A stretch of 32,000 bases of DNA from the NCBI GenBank assembly GCA_963704435.1, contig OY969902.1, positions 630,001 to 662,000 of the forward strand. Direction: 5' to 3'. The notes beneath the pieces were generated by a model. The model was not told the origin of the DNA and searched no databases. It saw nothing but the letters and a program-made list of their open reading frames with translations. Position 1 is the stretch's first letter. Each line of letters opens with the position of its first letter. Of the stretch, positions 17,914-25,446 are shown piece by piece. Source of the DNA: an uncultured archaeon (GTDB lineage: Archaea; Micrarchaeota; Micrarchaeia; Micrarchaeales; CABMGC01). The position numbers were made by a program, and so were the translations under genes.

Positions 17914-18132
17914 ATGTCATTCTACGGACTCGTAATTGTATTCGTTGCACTATGCGTGGCCTTCTATATCGGCGCCTTTGTCAGCGAGATGGCCTGCATA
18001 AGCGCGATAAACCTCGCATTTGCGAGAGGGGGATCGACGATCCTGATGATGTCCTATCTGAGCGTGGCGCGCATGGGGAATATGAGCCAAGCGTACATCA
18101 ATTACACGATTGAAAACTTACTCACAAGATAA
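17914..18132 (+). CDS. Small membrane protein, last gene of the pilus-like operon
   Basis: MSFYGLVIVFVALCVAFYIGAFVSEMACISAINLAFARGG from ATG 17914, within the longer 17875 ORF in the track. Confidence 0.55.
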   Translation: MSFYGLVIVFVALCVAFYIGAFVSEMACISAINLAFARGGSTILMMSYLSVARMGNMSQAYINYTIENLLTR

Positions 18133-18703
18133 GCGGCGCAAGATAGTAGATTATGAATATTGTCAACGGGATAGAGACTGCAATTGCTGAGAGCACCTGC
18201 CACAAGGTATGCGCCTTTACTCGTATTCGCGAGGCGCCCACGAGGAGGGCGACAAGTATCGCACCAGCGAAGGCCGTGTAGCCGCACAGGTAAAGCAGCG
18301 AGACAGCAGGCCCACTTATTCCCCAGACATGCACGCTTATCTTGTCAACTCTGTTTATTAGGGATGCAGCCAACGTGTTTATCATATAAGAGAGCATAAG
18401 GGCAGTGACTATGAAATCCGCACGCATCACAAACAGAGCCATAAATCCTATGAAATACGAAGTTACTGCGACATAAAACAGCAGATCTCGTTTATCTTTG
18501 TTGCTAATGTAGAAATCTATATTTTTAATTTTGACATAGGCAATCAGTGATGCCAGAGGCACCAATACTGTGAACGCGATCGCTATGGCAAATTCCCCCA
18601 AAAGCGCAGGGAGATTTCCCATGATCAGAAATGCAAAGAAATACGCAGGAGTCAGCTGAGGCATAAATAGGAACGCTATTATTTTATGAATTGGATCCTC
18701 CAT
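18122..18703 (-). CDS. PAP2-superfamily-like membrane protein (divergent)
   Basis: Polytopic; VDKISVHVWGISGPAVSLLYLCGYT...GASRIRVKAHTLWQVLSAI resembles PAP2 motifs 2/3, with the motif-3 Asp replaced. Confidence 0.55.
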   Translation of the reverse strand: MEDPIHKIIAFLFMPQLTPAYFFAFLIMGNLPALLGEFAIAIAFTVLVPLASLIAYVKIKNIDFYISNKDKRDLLFYVAVTSYFIGFMALFVMRADFIVTALMLSYMINTLAASLINRVDKISVHVWGISGPAVSLLYLCGYTAFAGAILVALLVGASRIRVKAHTLWQVLSAIAVSIPLTIFIIYYLAPLIL

Positions 18704-18729
18704 CAGAAAACCTATTTAAGCTAATACAA

Positions 18730-19332
18730 TCATTCCTCCCACCGCCATTTCTTAAGCTCTCTAATCACTTTGCGTCTGAACTCAGGATTGTATTTATTAA
18801 GGTACATTTTCAACTTGGTAAAATTGATGTTTTTCCTAAGCTTATCCATCAACTCCGGCCTAATAGGAATCCTGAAATAAGCCAAATCTATCGCCGTCTT
18901 CTCCAGATCTGATATTGGAATCCAGAACCCGCCATATTTCACAAGCTCGTAGCCAAATAGGAATCTCTTATCAATCCTTACCACTCTATAATTTATTCCT
19001 TCGAAAGTTCTCCTCCCTACTCTGACATTTCTGGTGCTAACCACCACGAAATTTGTCGCTTGCCCAGATATGCCTCTTATCGAAAGCGCATTTTCTAGAC
19101 CATAGTAGAAGGGTTGGAAGGCAAAGCCTACGACTGCAGCATTGTCGTGAAAGGTATACGTCCCCCGAGTTATTCTTTTTATCTCTCCGTTCCCCAAAAG
19201 ATTATGGATTAAGACATACAGGTAGCTATCGCTTATTTTCTTGTCCTTTAATGCTATGCGTAAGTCTGAGATTGTAAAGACAGGAAATGCATCTCCGCTT
19301 AGGTTCTGTCTGACGCAGTCTATGTATTTCAT
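18730..19332 (-). CDS. AbiEi-like antitoxin / transcriptional regulator
   Basis: N-terminal wHTH (FPVFTISDLRIAL...LLGNGEIKRITRGTYTF) followed by an AbiEi-like domain (ISDLEKTAIDLAYFRIPI). Overlaps the upstream toxin-like gene by 4 nt. Confidence 0.75.
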   Translation of the reverse strand: MKYIDCVRQNLSGDAFPVFTISDLRIALKDKKISDSYLYVLIHNLLGNGEIKRITRGTYTFHDNAAVVGFAFQPFYYGLENALSIRGISGQATNFVVVSTRNVRVGRRTFEGINYRVVRIDKRFLFGYELVKYGGFWIPISDLEKTAIDLAYFRIPIRPELMDKLRKNINFTKLKMYLNKYNPEFRRKVIRELKKWRWEE

Positions 19333-19979
19333 TTTAATTTTTCACCAATCAGCTTTATTATCTCATTAAAGCTTGGCGCTACTCCCGAATATATGATATC
19401 CTTCAATGCTTGTTCGTCTAGAGGAGGCTCCGCATGTTTAATGAATCTATCCAGTTTGCTCTTTGTTCCTCTGTTAATCTCCTTCAGACCACTTACTAAA
19501 AAGTAAAGATCATAAACGTCCCGGGCATATCTTCTACTTTCATAGGTCACTATCTTCTCAGCTATGAAGTCTTCCGCCTTAAGTGTTCTGACAAAAAGTT
19601 TTGTGCCATCTGCCTTTTCATATTCTTTCGAAATTGCCCGCAGTCCATTGGGCTTATCCATAATCTCCAGTTTGACTCTTGCCGTATCATTGAAGACAAT
19701 TATCCTCTTTGTACTGTACTTCGGGTATTCTAGCTTCGCTCCCCGTCTGTTAAGTTCCCATCCTAGACTGTGTTCAAGCTCCTTAAGCTGCGGTGCCGTT
19801 GCGTATACGTCAATATCGTCTGAGAACCTATTTCCACCATAACATCTCCAGATCGCCGTGCCCCCATGTAATATTATGTCCAGATCGACCCCGTACAGTG
19901 CCTCCACCAACCTGTCCTGCAAGTTTGCTAGGTTCTTTTGCTCGGGCGTTTTCAGCCTATTCTCCAGGGGTTCGTTCAT
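19329..19979 (-). CDS. AbiEii-like nucleotidyltransferase toxin
   Basis: LHGGTAIWRCYGGNRFSDDIDVYA (G-G-T-A plus DxD), KLEIM, RTLKAEDFIAEKIVTYESRRYARDVYDLYFL: DUF1814/AbiEii signatures. Confidence 0.85.
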   Translation of the reverse strand: MNEPLENRLKTPEQKNLANLQDRLVEALYGVDLDIILHGGTAIWRCYGGNRFSDDIDVYATAPQLKELEHSLGWELNRRGAKLEYPKYSTKRIIVFNDTARVKLEIMDKPNGLRAISKEYEKADGTKLFVRTLKAEDFIAEKIVTYESRRYARDVYDLYFLVSGLKEINRGTKSKLDRFIKHAEPPLDEQALKDIIYSGVAPSFNEIIKLIGEKLK

Positions 19980-20076
19980 TTTACCATACTTATATTATAA
20001 TATAAGTTAGGTAATTTAAACTTATTGGCGTTCTCGCTCAATTAAGGAGTTGCATCCAAAAGACCGACACTAAGTT

Positions 20077-20195
20077 GGCGGGGGAGTGATTCGAACCCTC
20101 GACCTCTAGATTTCTTAGCAATCATCGCCGAAGCTCATTACTCATAATGCTTCGCATATGAGTCTAGCGCTCTAACCAGGCTGAGCTACCCCGCC
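20077..20195 (-). tRNA. tRNA with CAU anticodon (Met or Ile2) containing a 45-nt intron at 37/38
   Basis: Reverse strand GGCGGGG TA GCTC...GAGC G CTAGA CT[CAT]A, intron (20112-20156), A TCTAG AGGTC GAGGG TTCGAAT CACTC CCCCGCC. One T-stem mismatch (G52/A62). Confidence 0.85.
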
Positions 20196-20299
20196 AGCAA
20201 GAATTATCCCGCATATAAGAATATAAAACGCTACTAGGGAGAGCGCGGTCTAGCACTCGAGCAACGCATAAATAACCTGCAAGGCAAAGAAAGGTACAT

Positions 20300-20370
20300 G
20301 CCTCGGTGGTGTATTGGCTGCATGAAGGGTTGTGGACCCTCAGGACCGGGTTCGATTCCCGGCCGAGGCC
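20300..20370 (+). tRNA. tRNA-His (anticodon GUG)
   Basis: GCCTCGG TG GTGTATTGGCTGCATG AAGGG TT[GTG]GA CCCTC AGGA CCGGG TTCGATT CCCGG CCGAGGC C. The C73 discriminator is characteristic of tRNA-His. Confidence 0.85.
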
Positions 20371-20383
20371 TATTTTCGATTAC

Positions 20384-20611
20384 TCATTTATTCCTGTAAT
20401 CGCTGCGTGAGCCTTCCTTAGAATCGAAATCGCGACCCCATCCACCTCCGTGCCTCGGGCGCATCCTTCTCATCATCATCGACTCTGCCATCATATAGCC
20501 ATTGATGAACGCTCGTAGCTCCTTCTCGCTCATGGAATCAAGCATCTCCTTTCGCATTTTCCACATCTTCATCCTGCCTTCCATCCTCTCGTTCCTTGCT
20601 TCGTCTTTCAC
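20384..20611 (-). CDS. Small Met/Arg-rich hypothetical protein
   Basis: 75 aa: SEKELRAFINGYMMAESMMMRRMRPRHGGGW. It fills an intergenic gap with no competing ORF. Confidence 0.5.
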   Translation of the reverse strand: MKDEARNERMEGRMKMWKMRKEMLDSMSEKELRAFINGYMMAESMMMRRMRPRHGGGWGRDFDSKEGSRSDYRNK

Positions 20612-20701
20612 TTAACCACCGTAGTTAATTAGGTTTGAAGATAAATAAGCCTTTCCCGAGTCGGTGTTGGCCGAATGGGAAACGGCGGCAGGCCCCAAGG
20701 G

Positions 20702-22168
20702 TTAGAACAGCCAGATCGCCACGAACCGCATTAGCTTCTTCACGTTTTTCTGCAGTGCGCTTGAATTAGTCTTGACCGCCTTTACCAGTTCCTTGTACCT
20801 CGCCTTCTCCTCTGCCGAGAGCTTGCCTTCCTTGACTATTTCCTGCTTCTTGCCCTCGACTATCTGGGTCTCGGTCTTGCTTATTATGTCCTTCTTCACC
20901 ATCGAGTACCACTCATCGAGCGTCGTGGGCCTCTTTTTCAATATTGATACGAAATCGCTCATTTTTATCTTCCTTTTCTTGCCGGTCCTGTCCTCCTCAG
21001 CGGCGACTCTGAGCGCCGTCTTGTCGCAGATTTCGGTTATGTCCGCATGTGAGTAGCCCATGGTAGCCCTGGCAAGCCTTCCATAGTCTATGTCCTTTGC
21101 AAGAGGCATCTTTTTCGTGTTGTACTGGAACGCCGACTTTCTGGTCTTGTAGTCCGGCTGGGGAACGTATATCGACTCTCCGAGCCTTCCCGCCCTCTTG
21201 AGCGCGGGGTCAACGTCCCACGGCTGGTTCGTCGCGGTGATTACGAATATGCCCTCGGGGTTCTTCTCAACCCCGTCTAGCTCCTGGAGGAACTGATTCA
21301 CGGCCATCCTCATCGTGCTCTGCTGCTCGCCCTCCCTTTTAGTGCCGAGCGCGTCAACTTCATCGAAGAATATTATGCACGGTGCGTTCTTCCTGGCTTG
21401 ATCGAATATTGCGTGCATGTTCTTCTCGGTATTGCCTGCATACATATCCACGATCTCGTTTATGTTTGCGACTATGAACTTCGCCTTTGTCTCACCGGCG
21501 ATTGCTCTTACTAGGTGGGTCTTCCCACAGCCAGGCGGGCCATAGAACAGCGCGCCCATTCCTAGCTTCTTCCCGTACGCTCTCAGGAGCTCTGGCTTTG
21601 TCATGGCGAGTATGATGTTGTCGTGTATCAACTCCTTCTGTTTCTCCATACCCACGACGTCCTTGAATGTCGTGTTCGAGGTGAACCACCGTACCTGCTT
21701 CAACTGGCCCTCCTCTACGACGGTCTTGCTCTCGCTCTCTTTTCCAGTCGCGAGGACCTTTGCCCCCGCGCTGCCGGTCCTCTGCTTCAGCGCGTTGAGC
21801 CTCGTCTTCGCCTGCTCGTAGTGCGGGTTGTTCTTCAATGATTTCTCGTACCACTCGATCGCTGCGTCGGTGTCATGCTTGTACTCGCTTATTATCCCCA
21901 TGACATAGGGGGCGTCGCAGCTGTCCGGCTCTATCTCCAGCACCTTGTCCGCGTCCTTCACCGCGTTGTCGTACTGGTTGAGTATCGCGAACGAGAGCGC
22001 CCTGTTGAAGTATGCGCTCGAATAATTGGGGTCCTGATCGATGGCCTCGGAGTATAGCTTTATGGCCTCGTCGAACTTGTTCTCCTCGAACAGCCTTCCG
22101 GCCGAGTCGTACAGCTCCTTGGCGCGGGGATTGTTCGTGCCTGGCTTCTTTGCCGGTTCGCTTGCCAT
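20702..22168 (-). CDS. TPR-repeat protein fused to a Vps4/CDC48-like AAA+ ATPase
   Basis: TPR units (AKELYDSAGRLFEENKFDEAIKLYSEAIDQDPNYSSAYFNRALSF...), Walker A GPPGCGKT, Walker B CIIFFDEVDAL, ITATNQPWDVDPALKRAGRLGESIYVPQPD. Confidence 0.92.
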   Translation of the reverse strand: MASEPAKKPGTNNPRAKELYDSAGRLFEENKFDEAIKLYSEAIDQDPNYSSAYFNRALSFAILNQYDNAVKDADKVLEIEPDSCDAPYVMGIISEYKHDTDAAIEWYEKSLKNNPHYEQAKTRLNALKQRTGSAGAKVLATGKESESKTVVEEGQLKQVRWFTSNTTFKDVVGMEKQKELIHDNIILAMTKPELLRAYGKKLGMGALFYGPPGCGKTHLVRAIAGETKAKFIVANINEIVDMYAGNTEKNMHAIFDQARKNAPCIIFFDEVDALGTKREGEQQSTMRMAVNQFLQELDGVEKNPEGIFVITATNQPWDVDPALKRAGRLGESIYVPQPDYKTRKSAFQYNTKKMPLAKDIDYGRLARATMGYSHADITEICDKTALRVAAEEDRTGKKRKIKMSDFVSILKKRPTTLDEWYSMVKKDIISKTETQIVEGKKQEIVKEGKLSAEEKARYKELVKAVKTNSSALQKNVKKLMRFVAIWLF

Positions 22169-22227
22169 CAGTACCTACCTGACATTAATGTCCTGCTTGT
22201 CAAATCTTATATTGCTTTTGCACCTAT

Positions 22228-22689
22228 TTATTCGTTGGCTTTCAGATTTTTCTGTCGTGAGGCCGGCGGCTTTCCTCCTGTTTTACCGTCAAGCAGCTCG
22301 TTCAGCTCTCCGTCCACGCGCGATACGTGCTCGTTCTCCCTTCTCACGTTGAGCAGCCTGTGGCTCCTGAACCTTGATAGGAGCTCCCTCGCCTCCTGGT
22401 TCAGGGCCTTCAGGTTCGGGCTCTTTATCTTGTACGCCCCCGAAAGCTGGTTTATGACCAGCCTGCTGTCCGAGACGAGCACGATGTCCGTCCCGTTCCC
22501 GAACAGCTCCAGCGCCTTTTTCAGCGCGGCCACGACTCCCTTGTATTCCGCTACGTTGTTCGTGCAGATCCCGTTGTAGAATGCGCGCCTTTCGAGCAGC
22601 TTGTGCGAATCGTCCAACAGGCGATATCCTGAAGCGCTCTCTCCCGGGTTGCCTCTCGCGGCTCCGTCCGTGTAAGCGTATACCTTCAC
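22228..22689 (-). CDS. rnhA: Ribonuclease HI
   Basis: YTDGAARGNPG, CTNNVAEYKGVVAALKKAL, LVSDSRLVINQLSG, and a late Asp (RVDGELNEL): D-E-D-D catalytic pattern. Confidence 0.9.
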   Translation of the reverse strand: MKVYAYTDGAARGNPGESASGYRLLDDSHKLLERRAFYNGICTNNVAEYKGVVAALKKALELFGNGTDIVLVSDSRLVINQLSGAYKIKSPNLKALNQEARELLSRFRSHRLLNVRRENEHVSRVDGELNELLDGKTGGKPPASRQKNLKANE

Positions 22690-22801
22690 CAGGTCACCTT
22701 TAAATCATTCTTCTGAGCCAGCGAGCATTTCTGGAATCCCTGACTGGACAAACTTCCATTTAAATGTTGCGCTGACAATACTTATCCTTAATGGTATCGA
22801 C

Positions 22802-23140
22802 ATGGCTAAGGGAGCAAAAAAGATAAAAAGGAAGCCCTCACGGCGGTATGCTGCGGCCCCCAAGAGCAAGGCCAACAGCAAGAAGCTTGAGGCGTTCCTG
22901 AGGGCGCAGAAGATAGACGAGATATTGATGGCGGGCAACATCCAGAGCCAGGCTGCGTCCGACAGCGCCGTCGAGGAGCGCCCTTCCGGAGAATCGCACA
23001 TTGTCGATCTCCTTGAGAACACAAGACTGCCTTCCAGGACGGACCTGGAGACTCCCATGCGTCAGGTCAGGGCTAAGAAAAATAAGGCAAGCAAGAAACA
23101 CAGAAAGGTGGCGAAAGCCAAAAAGAGAAAGAAAAGGTAG
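22802..23140 (+). CDS. Lys/Arg-rich small hypothetical protein
   Basis: 112 aa with strongly basic termini (AKKIKRKPSRRY...KKNKASKKHRKVAKAKKRKKR); good spacing; promoter-like 'aatacttatcc' upstream. Confidence 0.65.
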   Translation: MAKGAKKIKRKPSRRYAAAPKSKANSKKLEAFLRAQKIDEILMAGNIQSQAASDSAVEERPSGESHIVDLLENTRLPSRTDLETPMRQVRAKKNKASKKHRKVAKAKKRKKR

Positions 23141-23148
23141 CTAGCCGA

Positions 23149-24333
23149 TCATCCGCCCTTGCCCACGGAAAGCTTCACCCCTCCGTCAGGGTCACGTGTT
23201 ATGGTTATGTCTAGGCCCTCGCTGCCTAGCATGTGCCTCAGTTCCTCATAGGTATATGCGCCTATGTCGTCGCCCTTCTTGTTCCTGAGGACCTCCTCTC
23301 TCCGCTTCATAAGGGAGGCCTTCTCTATGACCGCGTATTTCAGCGACATCTTGGGCTGCTTCATGCCATAGATGTCCTCTATGCCGAGCTCGACCGGCTT
23401 GTAGCCCTCGCTCTGGTATATGAAGGGCAGCACAGCGCCGAACTCGGAGGTTATCCCGTCGACCACCGTCTCGACCTTCTTCATGTCGCCCGCCACAAGG
23501 AAGTCGTCTCCGTTTAGGAAGCCCACGAACGTGTTCCCCCCTGCGTCCTTGACCTTGTCCTGGAGCAGCTGCGACACTAGCCGCAGTATGGTTATGGCGG
23601 AATCGTTCCCGAACTTGCTCGCGAACCCCGCGAGCCCGTCCACCTTGAGCCTTCCCAGCTCGTAGTTCGAGTTGGTCTCCTTCAGCGCCTTCTCGACGCT
23701 GTCGGATATCCTGTCCTCGTTGGGCAGGTCTATGAGAGGGTCGAACTTCTTCCCCTTCTTCTTCAGGAATATGGTGACCAGGTCCCTCAGCTCGTCCGGG
23801 TCGAAGGGCTTCCTTATGTAGTAGTCGGCGCCGTACTTTATCCCCTTGAACCTGTTCGACGTGGCGTCGAGCGCGCTGACTATTATGATCGTCAGGTCGG
23901 TCATGCTCTTGTCCTTCTTGATGCTCTGGCAGATGTCCAGGCCGTCGACCCCAGGAAGCATCAGGTCGAGTATGACCAGATCCGGCTTCTCATGCCTTAT
24001 GCGGCGCAGCGCCTCAGTCCCGTCGTATATCTGCGTTATCTCGTATCCCTTTCCGAGGGATATCGACATCAGCTTGTTTATGTTCCTGTCGTCCTCTACG
24101 ATGAATATCCTCTTTATCGGCTGCTCCTCCTGGAGCATGTAATAGGTCAGTATCCCCCCGCTGTTCCTGGACGCGATGGCGTTCGCCCGCTCGAGCTCGT
24201 CGAGCCCCCTTTTCAGCAGGTCATTATCTATTTCGATGGACTTTGCGAAGTCCTTGAGCTCTTCGTACGTGACTTCCTGCCTGTCATTTATGAGGGACAT
24301 TATGTCAGATTCAACATCCTCAATACCTTTCAT
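23149..24333 (-). CDS. Response regulator: N-terminal wHTH-like segment, receiver domain, degenerate GGDEF/cyclase-like domain
   Basis: EEPIKRIFIVEDDRNINKLM...PDLVILDLMLPGVDG...IIIVSALD...GADYYIRKPFDPDEL (REC with DD, D, S and K), then FVGFLNGDDFLVAGD in a cyclase-like context. Confidence 0.85.
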   Translation of the reverse strand: MKGIEDVESDIMSLINDRQEVTYEELKDFAKSIEIDNDLLKRGLDELERANAIASRNSGGILTYYMLQEEQPIKRIFIVEDDRNINKLMSISLGKGYEITQIYDGTEALRRIRHEKPDLVILDLMLPGVDGLDICQSIKKDKSMTDLTIIIVSALDATSNRFKGIKYGADYYIRKPFDPDELRDLVTIFLKKKGKKFDPLIDLPNEDRISDSVEKALKETNSNYELGRLKVDGLAGFASKFGNDSAITILRLVSQLLQDKVKDAGGNTFVGFLNGDDFLVAGDMKKVETVVDGITSEFGAVLPFIYQSEGYKPVELGIEDIYGMKQPKMSLKYAVIEKASLMKRREEVLRNKKGDDIGAYTYEELRHMLGSEGLDITITRDPDGGVKLSVGKGG

Positions 24334-24422
24334 GATACCACTGGTCGCGCCGATAGTAATTACAGCGAAAGGATAATATTGCTTCTCATTTAAACTTCTA
24401 ACACGCTATCTGTAGTGATGAA

Positions 24423-25421
24423 TTGTACAAGGGAAAAACGCAGAGGGTTGCCCGCCATGCGGGAGGAGGCAGGAAGAAGGCGGTCGCAGCGGCAGCAGCG
24501 ATACTCATTATCGCGCTTGCGGCCTACTATCTCGTCGGGCAGGGGGTCCCCCAGATAACCCAGACGCAGCTGATCTACATACCCGCAAACCAGACTTCAT
24601 ATTTCAGCGTATCGGGGTATACCGTCGCGATGAGGCTCCAGAGCTCGGCCAGCTCCGGGGTGACGCTGTACACGAGCAGGGTCCCGGTGCTCCTGGGCCC
24701 GATCTCCGCCGTCTCACTGACCTCCGGGTCGAGTGCGAGCGTCAGCAGCGCGGGATCCGCTATCTCCGACATAAACGTAAAGCTCGAATCAAGCAGCAGC
24801 AGCGGAGCGTCAATCGACGTGACCCCGCTGCCGGCTGCGCTCTCCGTGGCGCCGAGCAGCTCGGTCAGCGTGCTCAATCCCGCGGCGCTAGGAGGCAGCA
24901 ACGCGAATACCAGCGCGATCACGCTGGCCACCACGGTATCGACGACGTCCGCGACCACGACCGTGCAGAACACCGCAGCCACGCAGGAGCAGCAGGCGCT
25001 CAGCATAGCCAACACCTCGTCGACCGGGCTGCTGATGAAGAAATACAAGGCGCTATACGACAGCGACACGGCGTGCAGCGCGAGCGTCTATGCCACGACC
25101 TACTCCCTGTACTACGGATTGGTGCCCGCAGTCCCAAACGATTTCGCCAACGTCAGCGCATTCACGCCAACGGACCTGACCGTGAGCGTGAGCCCAGTAT
25201 CGGGCAGCAGGTACAACGTCACATACTCCGCGGTCTCGCACTCGCAGTACACGTCAGGTCCAGCAGTGATACTTACCGTCGACACTTCGTCCTCTTCGGT
25301 GGTGGCCACGAAGTTCACGGGGCTGTACACAGGTCTCGGCTATGCGACCATAAACAGCACATACCTCTTCCAGAGCGGGGTCGCGAACAAGGCATGCGGC
25401 GCGCTGATATCCCCTCCATAA
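24423..25421 (+). CDS. Membrane-anchored Ser/Thr/Ala-rich extracytoplasmic protein
   Basis: Short basic N-terminus then AVAAAAAILIIALAAYYLVG TM helix and ~290 aa of low-complexity Ser/Thr/Ala sequence. Confidence 0.75.
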   Translation: MYKGKTQRVARHAGGGRKKAVAAAAAILIIALAAYYLVGQGVPQITQTQLIYIPANQTSYFSVSGYTVAMRLQSSASSGVTLYTSRVPVLLGPISAVSLTSGSSASVSSAGSAISDINVKLESSSSSGASIDVTPLPAALSVAPSSSVSVLNPAALGGSNANTSAITLATTVSTTSATTTVQNTAATQEQQALSIANTSSTGLLMKKYKALYDSDTACSASVYATTYSLYYGLVPAVPNDFANVSAFTPTDLTVSVSPVSGSRYNVTYSAVSHSQYTSGPAVILTVDTSSSSVVATKFTGLYTGLGYATINSTYLFQSGVANKACGALISPP

Positions 25422-25446
25422 TGCAGCGGTCCGCCAGCCGGGCGGG

